Below are positions 12,536-26,419 of a DNA stretch of 64,000 nucleotides, piece after piece. The translations under genes and the position numbers were made by a program. The notes under the pieces are model-generated. The model had not been told where the DNA came from, ran no database searches, and saw only the letters and a program-made list of their open reading frames with translations. Source of the DNA: Felis catus (Eukaryota); NCBI RefSeq assembly GCF_018350175.1, contig NC_058376.1, forward strand, positions 30,814,001 through 30,878,000, in the 5' to 3' direction. How positions within the stretch are numbered: the first letter of the stretch is position 1; every line of letters starts with the position of its first letter.

Positions 12536-12787
12536 NNNNNNNNNNNNNNNNNNNNNNNNNNNNNNNNNNNNNNNNNNNNNNNNNNNNNNNNNNNNNNNNN
12601 NNNNNNNNNNNNNNNNNNNNNNNNNNNNNNNNNNNNNNNNNNNNNNNNNNNNNNNNNNNNNNNNNNNNNNNNNNNNNNNNNNNNNNNNNNNNNNNNNNNN
12701 NNNNNNNNNNNNNNNNNNNNNNNNNNNNNNNNNNNNNNNNNNNNNNNNNNNNNNNNNNNNNNNNNNNNNNNNNNNNNNNNNNNNNNN
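12536..12787. other. Assembly gap (252 N)
   Basis: N run. Confidence 0.99.
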
Positions 12788-13354
12788 CAAGTGAAAAAAA
12801 TGGTGTCTCTCAAGTGAGCAAAGTCAGACCTCGAAAAAGACCATAGGGGATTGGCTAGTATTTTATTATCAAGTGAGCTGTTCCAGCTCTGCTAAGAGTA
12901 AAGCACAGACCTCCTTGGTAAGCACAATGGGCTTTTTATTTTTAACTGACACAAAAATAGAAATAATGAATTCCACCATTTAATAAATTAATTTTCTGGT
13001 TCAGCATCTATTCAGTTTTAGTAAAAGAAAAACTACAGGTCTCCTGTAAACAGAAAAACAAATTGTTGTAAATTAGTAATATGTGTGCCAGAAGCTTTTG
13101 TTTTTCCATATGAGAAATACCTGGTTGCTAATCTTTAGATAATATCTAGACACTTTTCTCTGGGCATATTTTAGAATAATTGCATTGTGGAGTCAGCTTT
13201 TTTTTTTTTTGAATTGAGAATGCAGTTGTTAAAGTGTTCAAGTCAACATCTAACACTTCGCTGTTGAATGAGGTGCTTCACTCCTTATTGTTAACATGGA
13301 ATATTAATCATGCAACTTAAACTGGCAAAAGCCCTTTTCTAGTAAGGGAAGTAA

Positions 13355-13530
13355 AAGGAGTATATGTTTTAGAGACAAAGAGCCCTGGGTTTCCAACTCT
13401 AAGCTCTATGACATTTGGAAAGTCAATTTCTAAAACTCAGAAGCATGCATCTTTGAACTGGAGATAATCTTTTGAAAGCTGGTGTGAGTTTTGGAGGTTA
13501 CATACTCATATGGTTACCTGCTGGATAATA
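13355..13530 (+). mobile_element. MIR fragment
   Basis: ccctgggtttccaactctaagctctatgacatttggaaagtcaattt...catctttgaactggagataat resembles the MIR core. Confidence 0.5.
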
Positions 13531-14439
13531 ATGTCCCAAGAATGATGTGATAATGATGATAAGTAGAACTAGTATATATAATAAATTTTTTATTTTTATT
13601 TATTTTATCCAGGGGTTAATATAAAAAATTAAATGTTATTTGTAGCTACTTATCCTGGTGATTTTGGATTTTTTTAATATCTGAGATGGTAGAGTGAGTA
13701 GAACAAGTCTAAAGCCTTTCTCTTTTAGAAAGACTAGAGATTTCCTTGCCATATTCATAAGCCAAAGAAAGGTAAAAGTAAAGATAGTGGGAGGAAAAAT
13801 ACCTTATTTACATTTTGCATATTTAGAATAAATTTTTGAGATAATAGTTGGCATTCAATATGAGTAATAAGAGAGTTAATTTTTGACCCTTATAAATTAA
13901 AATTCAAAGTATACTCCAACTTATTAATTGTTGAATGCATATTTGGAATTCTGCAGTTAAAACTATGCCTCAACCCCCATAGTTGCCTTTCGTATTTTAT
14001 TATATTCATCAATCAGTTTCAATAGCTATAGTTTTTTAATTTCAAATATATATATATATATAATTTTTCAAAAATCCAAATGGATTTGAGAACAGTCTGA
14101 TTCTCAGAGGAAATCATAACAGATGATATATAAGTGGATTTCTATCTATTTTTAATTCCCCCTTACATCAAAATTTGCTTCAATAGCTTGAAATTCCTTT
14201 CAAGTTTCACTAAATGACATTTATAATTTCTAATTCTCTCCATTTAAAACCTTTGAATTTTGAAGTTTTAAAAATCATTCCTGTCTATAAAAAACAAAAT
14301 TTTCAACTGACATTCCAAAAGAATCCAACACACTTAAAACAAAAAACGATCTTCTCCCATTCCTACCTTTCTCCTAAATTCTATGATCTCACAGTGCTTT
14401 TCTTTGAACTCCCATATTTTTTACTATCTAGATCACACA

Positions 14440-14600
14440 ATCTTGGCTTAATGTCCTCCTGATGGGAGGGCATATTTATTTCAGTGAAAGCCTACAAGGT
14501 TCATGTGTGTGTTGGCTCAGCTTTGCATCCCCTGATGGTAACACAGTGCATGCCCAAAGTTGGTTTTTATTTAATACATATTCAATGAATAAATGAGAAG
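14440..14600 (+). mobile_element. L2 3'-end fragment
   Basis: tcctcctgatgggagggcat...ttgcatcccctgatggtaacacagtgc...caatgaataaatga. Confidence 0.45.
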
Positions 14601-15079
14601 ATGAGTGCAAGATCTCTCTTTGAAATTTGAGTATTCCACCATTATCGGTCAAGATGTGTAAAGTCTATCTGATTTCCTCTTCATTCCTATCCCCCCTTCT
14701 TTCCTGGCTTTCTCCCTTTCTCTCTTTTTTCCTTTCATTTTTCTCCCTACCTTCCATTTTCTCCTCTAGAAAAACCATAAACATCTTGCTGAATTACATT
14801 TTAAGTAGGAAATAATTTTAAAAATTAGTTCACAGGCAAAATAATGTAAAATTCATCCTTGAAAATCCCTCAAATCATCCATAAAGTATCATACTCTCTA
14901 ATCACATTCAGAATAATGAGGTGCTTACATTACATGTGGAATAGGAGAATGTGAGAGAACAGATTTCTAAATCCAATAGTGTTTGGAACTGGCAGAGTTG
15001 TAGAAATACAGTCTCTGTCTCCTTCTGAGTATGTACAGTTAAATTCAGGTTAATTCAATGTGTTTATGTTTCAAACTTA

Positions 15080-15342
15080 TGTAGTGAATAAAAAGAGCAT
15101 GGATTTGGATAAAACAGATGCAGATTCCAATCTTTCAGTTACACTTTACTGTCAATGGGAACAGCGGGCAAAATAGTTACCAGGTATATATTTGTATGGC
15201 TAGAGATTCTCATTAGTAGGATTGCAATTTAACAATATCCACCTCTGGAATATTTTTTAAGATTAACACAGATAATGCCTGCAAGGTGTTTAGGACAGAA
15301 ACCAGTATACAGCAACTACTCAATAAGCGTATTAGCTATTAT
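15080..15342 (+). mobile_element. MIR
   Basis: gtagtgaataaaaagagcatggatttgga...gattaacacagataatgcctgcaaggtgtttaggacag...ctcaataagcgtattagctattatt. Confidence 0.7.
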
Positions 15343-18300
15343 TGTAACAAGACCCAGCTTGTAGCTGGCAAAATCAGTTTTAAAATGATTAATATGATAA
15401 ATGTGATTATTGTGTGTCCTAACCCCAAAATGTGTTTTTCTATAAAAGTATGACTTAATAATTTAAATCTATGGAAAATTTCATTCGATTTGCAGGAATA
15501 TGTTTGAATATCAAGAGCACACATACAATTCAATGTGAATCAAATTTCAGCAAACTTTACAGTTTCCATTTCTTCAACTTGCTCTGTAAAGTTAGTATTA
15601 GAATTCTCTTAAGAACTTTACCATTTCCTTCAGCAATGCCTTTTGTCTCATATCATCAGTTACTTCATGGGTGCTAACATTTCTCCAGCCTAGCTACAAT
15701 ACATCTGCATATCCAAACCTACTGAATATTACCACTTGAATGTCTTACACTCACCATTACTCTATTTTCTCCCTTGTCCAAAATTAAATGTACTACCTCA
15801 TCTATTAAACTACTCCAAAAATTAGGAAAAATACTTATAAAAGAAAATTAAAGTACATCTTTTCCATAAATGATCTTCCACATCATCTTTTTAACTCAGT
15901 AAACATCTACTGAGCAACTTCCTAATCGCTATATTAGACTTTGGAAGGGAAGAGTTTAATAAACAGTGGTTTCTCCTGACCATTCATCTGAATGGTTGAT
16001 TCTTATAAATTACAGTTTTAAAGGCTGGTTTCTTTTTTTCTTACTTTACTCTAAATTTCTAATCATATCTATTAACTGGAACTTACAATTTCACATTCAT
16101 TGACTACACTTGCTTGTTTCCATTACTGTTTTATTTATGGTATAGAATGATGTAAGGGCTAAAAAGAATTGGAAATAGTCTAATCCACCAATTTGAAGAT
16201 ATTAATTGAGCTTTAATAATTTGAGATTTTTCCCATTGCCAAATAGCTATAATAATAAAGTGTATAAAATTAAGTTAATATTTTTTATTATTTCTGAAAA
16301 TTATTTAACATTTCCTGTTTTTTAACCATGGTTTCCATTAGATGCTTAGATCATTGAGAACAGAAACTATATTTATTAACTGTTATTTTCCAGGTGCATG
16401 GCATGGAGTTGTAATTAAATAATCATTTGATTAATTTACATTAATTAACTACCCAAATCAAAGGCAAATAACAAGTTGACCTTTTTATAATGTGAGCTTC
16501 TAGGAAGAAAAGTGAGGATGAATCACTAGGAGATTGCAAGATATCTGATGTGTTTCAAGTGTTTCCAAATGCATGCCCTTTCTGTTGTTCTCCCTGTTAA
16601 ATCAGCACATTTGTTCTCACTCCTTATTCTCAATGATTAGAGCTGGATTAACCAGATACCCTCATTGGAATTTAAACAATAGAACTTGTGTGTAGCCTTA
16701 TTTGAGATTGGCATCTCCCTCAAAATCTTCTTAAGCTGAGCCTTTCTTGTATACCATTTTGTTGAATTGTTTATCCATTTATAGCACAAATATCTGCTAG
16801 TGCATTCCTTTTTTTTTTTTTTTTTAATTTGTTCCGGTCATTGATGTTTATTTTGATTGCTACTCTGTTGTTTATCATATAAACATGGTTGTGTTTGGAA
16901 AAAAAAGAGATGAGCATTCAATTTAATTTCTCTGTTTTTGCATTTTCTGGTACCCTGCCTTGCTAAATGTAGCAGTCTCTAGCCTGCCTCATCAATTGTG
17001 ATACATTTCCACTATCTTCACATCGGTCATGCACTTATGCTGAACCCCAGACTCCTTTGCAATCAAAACTCTCCTGATTGCATACCAGGTTTTATATTGA
17101 GGAACTTTTTTATTTAGTCATTACTTATACTACTATATCTTGAGGCAGAAAGATGGAAATATTTATATTAATCTTCTACACAGCTATAATTTATGATATG
17201 ATATCACTTTATTTCTGTACTGGTATCATGTGTTCAGACATTTATTCTTAATCCGTAGCATATCTGACTTATAATATTTCACATGTTGTTGAAAGGTTGT
17301 CTGTTAAATATTTCTTGGACATTCTTCTTCTAAGTTCATAAGAGGCCATCATGGACCCTTAAAAATTTCTAGAATTATTATTTTTCATGATAGCTAATTT
17401 TATCTGATTGTCTATTCTTTTTGTTTTCTTCCTTTCTGATTACTTATGTTAGTTATTATTCGTGTATAACCATCCATGTGCAAAGGAAGTTGCCATGCTG
17501 CTAATTAAGTTTGTTGGGCACCAAAGCTTTGCCTTGTAGTGCACTCATTCCTACACCCATGCTGCACCTGTGATTTAGTCTGCCTTTCCACAAGTGTGTG
17601 GCTTAATGCTAGGATATGGCAAGAGAAATTGCTTGAGTAATTTACTGTTGCCGATTAAAGTAGTTTTTGTTTGTTTGTTTGTTTTTGTTTGTTTCATTCT
17701 ATGGCTTATAACTTCAAAAGGTAAAATTATCATGCGATAATATAGAAGAATGAAACTATAATGCTGACTCCAAAGCTACCGATTTAACTGAGTTTAAAAT
17801 GAATAGAATTGCCATGATAATTATCAAAGCTTGTATGTTATTTGATTAATGTAAAAAACTTTTTTTCACACCTTTGAGAAGATAATATAGAATCATCAAA
17901 TAAAACTTGAAGAAAAATGTGTGAGCAATTCCAATCACTAATGAAAAATATTTTTTAAGTTACACTAACTAGGGGCAAATGTACAGAAACATTCAAAAAG
18001 TATGACACTAAAAAAAATCCTATAGTAGCTGACATTGTGAACATGGTTAAATAAGACAAAACATGTGTATCTGAATGTTAGGAAGAATAAAGATATTTCT
18101 TCTTTTTCTTTAAAAAAATGTAGTTGACAATAGCCAATATTCCTTTTTAAATCATTCATTAATAATTATCAAATACCATCATCATATATATGATCTCATT
18201 TGCAAAACAATATTCACATTTCACTTTATAGTAAGGTCTTTGGAAGTGAATGATAATTAAGGAACTTTGTCTATAAAGTGTCTTTGAATGTGGAACATAT

Positions 18301-20334
18301 CTGCAAAATAGATATAAATCTTTATTTCCTTTCCTCTTATAAAAAAGACATTATCAAGGCTGTTCATGTCTTCTTGTAATAAAGTGATAGAGGAATTATT
18401 CAGAAAATACTATCAGTTTCTCTATATCACCTTGAATTCTGAGCACACTGTTCAGTAGCCTGCTGTAAAAATATGGCATAATATCATAGCACATTCTATA
18501 TAGAACTACAAATAAATAGAATTCAACTGGATATCAGCTAGAAAAGAACAATAATGTTAAAAGCTGTTTCGTAGTTTTCACTTGTATGTGAACTTTTTCA
18601 TAGTTTGACACAGCAAGCAAATGAAAAGAGTCATTGAATATCTAAACCTAAGAGTGAACAGAAGTTGCTGTCTTTAGACATGAAGCATAATTGTTTATGT
18701 TTTGTTGGCGGTAGAAGATATGTCAAGGGTTGGCTCTGCTTCAAAGGAAAGAATCTTAGCTTGGTAGAGAGGAAGTAGCGGACAGTCTTGGAACTGATGG
18801 GCAAACATTCACGTGAAAATATGATGTTTTAATAAAAGCTAAAAGATACAACGTGCTGAGATATGCATACAAGACTTTCATTCTGTTCCAATTATATACT
18901 GAGTACAGAAGCGAGAAATTCAGTGGCAAAACTAACATGAAAAGAAAACAAACAGACTTCTTTTTATCCCGATGTGCCTAGGCAGCATTCCAAGCAGAGA
19001 TCTTAGGCACCATATGTGCTGACCTCCCTATGGGGATGATCTTTTAAACTTAACTGAGATGACTGGGTTTGTTTGATTCTGCCAGATCGTTTTTGCCTCA
19101 TTTCAACATAGCACGGCTCTTCCAGGTAGAATATGCTCTCAGAAGACACAACGTTAATTGTCAAAAGGAAGACTCAGTGAGGCCGGTGTCTTTTGCTGAC
19201 ATTCAGGTCCCATCATCTAAAACAACTCAGGGGCGCAATCTAAATATGGGGATAGGAGGCATCTCCACGGAGTCTGCATTTAGGCACCAAATTTCCTGGC
19301 TCCTATTACACGTCTTTCCTCTGTCTCAAGAGTGCTGAAGGATTATTTGTTGCTTTTCAGATAACCCTTAGTTCTTGCCCCCACATGGAGTAGAGATTAT
19401 ACTCTTCCTCTAGCCCTTTCAAAGTCCAGCTCACCCAGCTTTGCCATGTGTGAGCAATCTGCAGGCACTATTAGCCCCGCTTGACTAGCTCTTGATAACG
19501 CTCTCTAGGAAGTCAATTAAAGATGTCAGGGGGTGTACTGGACTGCTTTTCTTGTACTAGCAGGGATTTGGAGAGTGGAAATTGGAACTCTCAGGAACAG
19601 GTGATTTTTGGTTCTCTAGGAACTAAAGCACTTGATTTGTTTTCTTCCTCTCACTATTTGAACTTTTTTTTCTTTTTGTGATCTTGAAATAAATGATCAA
19701 TTTTAATCTTTAATCAGCAATAGTTAATATAATATTGAGGATCTGGTACCCAATCTAGTAAATAATGAAAACACATGTGTTCACCAATTAAAAATATGAA
19801 GAGAGAAAATGTCTTATAAATTTGAGCATAGTGAAAGTCTGCATTAAGAAGCTATGTTTTTGTGTTGAAATATAGACATTTAAAGTAAGACTAAATGATT
19901 GTTCCCTAAGAATTAGATATAAAAGTTGCTTGACATTATAGAGTCATTTTTTGCACCTACTTTGTACATGTTGTGATCCCTTCTTTGCTAAAAGTCTTGA
20001 CCCACATTTTCTATGTTTTTTTTTACTAAGACTATGCAAAAAGAAAATGATTATGTTTTTCTCAGTTAATATAAAGCAAAATTAAAGTGTCACTTTTCAT
20101 CTAAAAATTAGCATAAATATTTAAACTGATTATTTAGACCAACGAATATTATTTTGCTTATGCAACATATTATTCAACATTACTCATTAAATATTACCTT
20201 ATTAAATTTGTGTGATAATAGAGAAATTTCCACTTTATTGTGTGTCACCTACAATTTCTTTATAAATCCATTAACCTAATCAAGGTAATTATCACTGTGG
20301 GGATATATGTACCTTATAAGGGAGTATATATTAT

Positions 20335-20530
20335 AACTTCCTGTTTGCCGGGTATATGCTAAATGCCAAAAATTATTTCACTTAATTCTCATTGCCATCC
20401 TGGGTGAGTTACCATTATTCCCATTTTACATATGATGAAGCAGAAGCTTATAAAGCTTATAAATAACTTGTCCTAAATCCCATAGCAAATAAGTAATGAT
20501 GTCAGGACTCAAACCGAATGATTTCCTTCA
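20335..20530 (-). mobile_element. MIR
   Basis: attattcccattttacatatgatgaagcagaagct...taacttgtcctaaatcccatagc is the reverse MIR core. Confidence 0.75.
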
Positions 20531-20771
20531 CCAAAACCTGTGAGATACCAGGGCCTAACTTGCAGAGGGTAAGGAATAGTTAAAGCAAGATTCTAGCTAT
20601 ACTTTTAACTGGAAAAATTATAACCTCATAATGATTATATCACTCTGAGAAGGGAACTATCTCTAAGATGGCTGCATATTTGTCCTAATATTCTGTTAAA
20701 AATGAGAAGAAAGGATTGAGGCTGAGTAGAGATTGACTTACATATTAACAAAAACAAAAACACAAAAAAAA

Positions 20772-20846
20772 AGGAAGGAAGGAAAGGGAGGAAGGAAGGA
20801 AGGAAGGAAGGAAGGAAGGAAGGAAGGAAGGAAGGAAGGAAGGAAG
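20772..20846 (+). repeat. (GGAA)n microsatellite
   Basis: About 75 bp of near-perfect ggaa units. Confidence 0.95.
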
Positions 20847-21789
20847 AAAAAAGAAGACTATAATTCTGAGGTCTTGAGCGTACCATTAAAAAAACTTCCT
20901 ACCATTAGAAACACAGCAGTATAATACTTATCAGCAATTCACTCACCATTGGCTTTTGTTCTTCAGGTTTTTTTTTTTTGTTTGTTTGTTTTTTTTTTTT
21001 GAAAAAAAGCAATTGTCTAAAATCAAGTTCATATTAGAGATTTCTTCAAAGAAGCAAGTTTCAGTATGAATTTTGAGTTAAACATAGATTTAGCCTAATG
21101 TTTGAAATCACCATCTCACAGCATGATACAATAACTGATTATAATGAAGATCTTAGTTACCAAGTTAAATTATTTTTAGTATATTTAATCATTAGGTTCA
21201 GGAATTATAAGATATGTCTGTTATGCCTAAGTTTCCACCACCATAATCTTTAAATGTAGGCTCTAGAATAAAAACAGAAGATTTATTTTCATATCCTAGC
21301 TTATTAACTGGATGAAGTTGGCATCTTGAAAACAGCTGTCTTGTCATTCATAAACCTACCTACCATACTGGGCTATCATGAGGCTTCCACTTACCTTCTA
21401 GGCAGGACGTCGCGTCAATTATTAGGCTTTGACTTACCCCACTCTACCAGAAAACTGAAATATTTTAAAATAAACATTCAGAACATGAACTTGAAATTGT
21501 TATAAATGTGGTAAGCAGTGACATGAGATTCTTTCTTCTGACTGAATAATTTGAAATTTATGAGTTAGTTTTTAACTTTGAAAATTAGACAGTACTAGCA
21601 TTTCAAGGAAGAGAGTCCCCAGTAATGTCTCTCATAGCATACTGTATTACTTACTAAAATGAAGAACAAACAACTCTCCGTACATTTATTCAGTAAAATC
21701 ATTAAGTCACTTTAAGTAACTTTCTAATGATGCATATGTAATAATCAACTCAATCCAGTTTCGCTGATGACAAGAATTGAAATCCTTGA

Positions 21790-22960
21790 CTCATCTATTC
21801 ATTCAATAAATATTTACTCTGCATTTACTTTGTGCCAAGAATAACATTCTAGACCCTGGGGATACAACAAAAAACAAAATGAACTTAGTCCCTGCTTTCA
21901 TGGAGTTAGCTTACATTCTACTGAAGGCAGATAAGGAACAAATAAACAAATTATAATAATTTCACATAGTGATATGTGATATACAAGGGGAAAAATACCA
22001 GAAAGATGTGATATGTGTGATCTTGTTGCTTCTTTAGATTGGGTAGTCCTAAGAGGGGAACCCAAAGAATTGACATATAAAGTGAGATTTGATGGACAAA
22101 AAGAGGAGAGCTAAAAGGAAATCTTAGGAAAAGAGAATTTCACAGCTATAGTGTATGAATAGGACCTAAAGAAGTCATTTGCCTTGCTAGAAGAAAAGAG
22201 CCAGACTGGCTGGGGGAGAATGGAGTAAGAGGCATGAATAGTAGTAGATGAGAGCCAGATCTTAAGATGCTTTGTAGGTCAGAGTAAGGATTTGATTTTT
22301 CTTTTCATAAACGTGACGAGTCCTTTGGAAAATTTTTAGGATGACAAGATTTATCTTATAATTTTAATGAGATTACTCTGCTGTGTGGAGAGTTGATTAT
22401 AAGAGGGGTAAGACTAAAGTAATATTGTTAAGAGTCACCTTCACTGTTCCTGGTGAGATAATAGTGACTCAAACCAATGACAGCAGTGGAGGTAAAGAAA
22501 ATCAATTCTGGGGAAGTTTCAATCATTGGGCCTTATTGATGGCCAAGATTGTATGTGTGTGTATCTGTGTGTGTCCACGATGGACAAAAATGGAGGAAAA
22601 CTAATAACTCCTTGAGCAGCTTGTATATGACGGCACCATATACAAAGACACTGAAGACTGGGGAAATGAAGATTTGTGTGACAAAAGTCAAGAATTCAAT
22701 TTTGGTCACATTAAATTGGAGATACTTTTAGGCACTCAAGTAGCAATGTCAAGCAAGCAAGTCTGGAGCTCCAAAGGGCTCAAGGCTAGAGGCATTCACT
22801 TTAGAGTCATCACCATGGAGGCAGGATTGGCAGAGGGTAACTTGGAAAAATGTGTGTCTGAAGGCACTCCGTTTTTGAGTAGTAGTGACTATGCTTTAAG
22901 AACAGGAAGTTTCTTGCAAAGTACATGCAAGAGTGTTGGCTAGTGGGAGGAAAATTAGGA
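21790..22960 (-). mobile_element. L2 LINE 3' portion (~1.2 kb)
   Basis: cattcaataaatatttact...tgtgccaag...ctggggatacaac...gtccctgctttcatggag...ttacattcta, followed by purine-rich L2-like body (ttttggtcacattaaattggagatac...). Confidence 0.8.
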
Positions 22961-24159
22961 GAGTATCTTAGGATACAAGATAGGAAATATATAATAAAAT
23001 TAGATCTATCTTAGGCAGTTCTTTAATGGTAATGGCTTTATCATGTCAGATTTAGGGAAAAATACAAAAAAAAAATCACTCATATGAATTTTCCACATCT
23101 TAACTTTCAACACTATTATCAAGTATTTACTATGGCTAAGCTACTATGGGAGAGAAACATGAAATAATTACATCTGCATTGGAGATATAGCTAATTTCCA
23201 GTGTAATTTCTACCTGACTTTTCATTCTTACAAATTACTGACATATCTAGTGAAGGCAATTAATTGCAACATTTGATTAAGCCATCCCCTATCATATGGA
23301 AATCCTATTCATCTAAACATTATAAACATTGAAAAAGAAATAGACTATGGTAACATATTTTATTATTATTTCAAATCATTTCCTATCTCTAATATGCCAA
23401 CATTTTCTAAATGAAAAAGAACAAGAATTCTGCAGTAACAAAATCATTTTTAGAAAATGCATTTTTAAGTTATTGGGCTGCTTAATATTTGAAGACTATT
23501 TGAAATATACAGTGAACCTTTTTATTATGCAAATATATTCAATTCTGAAAACAATTAAATGATAATAAAGTATTCTCTTTTTCTTTACCTCATATTACAG
23601 TAATGAAGCTGTTACCTCTGAGTGTGCGTTTTAATGAGTTTTAACTAACATTTTAATGAGCTGACATTATCATAAACCCGAGGATTAGACAAAGTTGAAT
23701 TTACTGGATAGAGAAAGTTTCCTCAATAGTTAATTATATTGTTTAAGATGTAATATAATGCATTTTATGATATACCACCAACTATCAGTCTACAAGAAAA
23801 ATTATATTAAAAGATTGAATAATATCATTATACTTAATCTGTACATACACGTATCCTGGTTCCTCACTTTTAAAATAAAAAGCTAATGATGTTTTTATAT
23901 ATGCAAATCACATGAAATATATAAGGCATAGGCATATCAAAGATAACAAATCAAAATTGTTATTAAGTTAAATGAATTTTTTTGACATTTGCAATAAAGA
24001 AAACTCCATGAAGAGCTACCTTCAATTGGAGACAAGATTTTATTTTTCAAGAATGAATCATTTATAATTTTCTTGATTCACGTATTTAAAACGGGTTTAT
24101 AGACTCACAACTTACCATTTGGGAGAGATGAAGAACTTTTTGTAAATAAATGATATTTT

Positions 24160-24369
24160 GGGGGTACCTGGGTGGGTCACTCGGGTAAGTGTCCGACTTC
24201 AGCTCAGGTCATGATCTCACGGTTTTGTGAATTCGAGCCCCGTGTCGAGCTCTGTGCTGACAGCTCAGAGCCTGGAGCTTGCTTCAGATTCTGTGTCTCC
24301 CTCTCTCTTTGCCCCTCCCGTGCTCATGTTCTCTCTCTCTCAAAAAAATTAACCGTTAAAAATTTTTTT
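24160..24369 (+). mobile_element. CanSINE (SINEC_Fc-like)
   Basis: Full body; TSD aaataaatgatattttg on both sides. Confidence 0.95.
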
Positions 24370-24553
24370 AAATAAATGATATTTTGGTTTTGATGCATTC
24401 TGTGAAGACAGTTAACAGGTGATGGTTTCAAGGCTCTCTCAACTAAAACATAGTCACCATTGCTTACTCCTTCCTCCATATCCTCCTTGCCTTTTATCCA
24501 ATCCTCTCTTCAGGCACTACGAGGCCTAGGTGTGCATCAAAAGGTTGTCATCT

Positions 24554-24798
24554 GAGGGAAGCAAACATAAGAGACTCTTAAATACAGAGAACGAGATGAG
24601 AGTTGCTGGAGAGAGGTGGATGGATGGGCTAAAGGGGTGATGGGTATTAAGGAGGGCACTTGTTGTTATGAGCACTGTGTTAAACGTGCAAGTGATGAGT
24701 GTTAAACGTGTAAGTGATGAATCACTGAATTCTACACCTGAAACCAATTTTACCATATATATTAACTAACTAGGATTTAAATAAAAACTTAAAAAAAA
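24554..24798 (+). mobile_element. 5'-truncated carnivore L1 (3' UTR plus polyA)
   Basis: caaacataagagactcttaaatacagagaac...gggtgatgggtattaaggagggcacttg...gaatcactgaattctacacctgaaacc...aataaaa and A tail; TSD aaaagg(t)tgtcatct. Confidence 0.9.
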
Positions 24799-25134
24799 AA
24801 GGTGTCATCTTACTCACCTCCGTATCTCTTGTACAAAGCTCATAGTAAGGCTCCAGTTGACCATCCATGACGAGAGGCCGTCTCAATATTCAAGTTTTCT
24901 GAATTTTTATTCTATTTCAGAAAAAAGCTAATTAATCAAGTTATATATTTTGATCTCACGCTTATCATCAACCTACAGATATTCTGTTGACATTTATATT
25001 TCAAATCGCCATTCTTCTGTAAACCTGCTATCCGTGTCACTGAGTGACTAGGGAAAAAACCCAGGTTTCTATACCCTGTCTACAACTCTGTTGAATCCAC
25101 TGGGATAGAGCGTACACTTGTGAAACACTCAGAG

Positions 25135-25400
25135 TCGATTTTATTTTTATTCATACGTTGTTCAATATAAATATTAATAAACAATTACTGCATTCACAAG
25201 GTTGTAAAATCAAAAAATATAAGATGGATATAGTGAAGCCTTCCCTTTCTGTCTTTTACTTCCCAGTTTTTTCTCCACAAAGACATTTGTTATTATTGGT
25301 TTCTTAGGTTTTCTTCCAGAGATTGTTTTATGCCCATGCAAACACATTCCAGCGTGATTCTTTTCTTTTTGTAATTAATTAAAGCATATGCTGTATATTC
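25135..25400 (-). mobile_element. Ancient L1 (L1ME-like) 3' fragment
   Basis: aaaatcaaaaaatataagatggatatagtgaag...tggtttcttaggttttcttccagagattgttttatgc. Confidence 0.55.
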
Positions 25401-25474
25401 CAAACCCAACTCTGAAGTTGGCTCCTCTAAAATGCCTTCTTTGTTGAATGCCATATTTCTCTCCATTGGACTTT

Positions 25475-25690
25475 TTTTTAATTTTTTTTAATGTTTATTT
25501 TATTTTTGAGACAGGGAGAGACAGCATGAACGGGGGAGGGTCAGAGAGAGAGGGAGACACAGAATCTGAAGCAGGCTCCAGGCTCTGAGCTGTCAGCACA
25601 GAGCCTGATGCGGGGCTGAAACTCACGGACCGCGAGATCATGACCTGAGCCGAAGTCGGATGCTTAACGGACTGAGCCACCCAGGTGCCC
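25475..25690 (-). mobile_element. CanSINE (SINEC_Fc-like, relatively young)
   Basis: Perfect 16-bp TSD ctctccattggacttt (25459-25474 and 25691-25706); many CpGs retained. Confidence 0.96.
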
Positions 25691-25935
25691 CTCTCCATTG
25701 GACTTTAAAGCATTTTTGATGCACCTCTCAATGTAGTTCTCTGTTACTGGATGTTTTTTTTTTTTTCCTTTTCTTTCAGATTGTAGTTTTGAGTTCTCTA
25801 TGGTAACCCTCCTAAATCTCTTTAGTGCTCTGAAGTCAAGATCTAGGCTTGAAGTGTCTCATACTTCTAAATGTGTTACATAGCACATTGTAACAACAAA
25901 ATATGTGGTACCTATTTAGTAAATGAAGAAGTGAA

Positions 25936-26042
25936 GGGCACCTGGCTGGCTCAGTCAGTGGAGCATGGGATTCTTGATCTTGGGGTTGTGAGTTTGAGCC
26001 CCACATTGGGTGTAGAGATTACTTAAAAATAAAAAAAAATTA
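25936..26042 (+). mobile_element. Short older CanSINE subtype
   Basis: gggcacctggctggctcagtcagtggagcatg...ttgggtgtagagattacttaaaaataaa; TSD-like gaagtgaa. Confidence 0.9.
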
Positions 26043-26198
26043 AACGAAGTGAATGATTTGAAAAACTCTTCTGTTATCAAAAAGATGTAGTTACAACTAG
26101 AAGTGATTGGAAAGTGAAGAATCTCTAATTTATCCTGTATCCACTAAAGCAAAATTAAATGTTATGTTAAAATCACCTTTTAGAAATGAACTGAGCAA

Positions 26199-26419
26199 GA
26201 GGCACCTGGGTGGCTCAGTCAGTTAGGTGGCTGACTTCAGCGCAGGTCATAACCTTTTGGTTCTTGGGTTCAATCCCTGAGAGGAGTTCTGTGCTGACAG
26301 TCTGGAGCCTACTTCGGATTCTGTGTCTCCCTCTCTCTCTGTTCCTCCCCTGCTGGTGCTCTCTCTCTCTCTCTCTCTCTTTCCCAAAAATAAATAAACA
26401 TTAAATTTTGTGTTTTTTT
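26199..26419 (+). mobile_element. CanSINE
   Basis: ggcacctgggtggctcagtcagtta head, (CT)n, aataaataaacatt. Confidence 0.93.

Noticed and set aside
12459-12846. ORFs rich in X (also at 2586, 29762, 40561, 56155, 57923)
   Set aside because: Artefacts of N gaps; only the 40786-40863 segment is coding, in a different frame
20635-20924. ORFs with PSFL/GRKE repeats
   Set aside because: Translations of the (GGAA)n microsatellite
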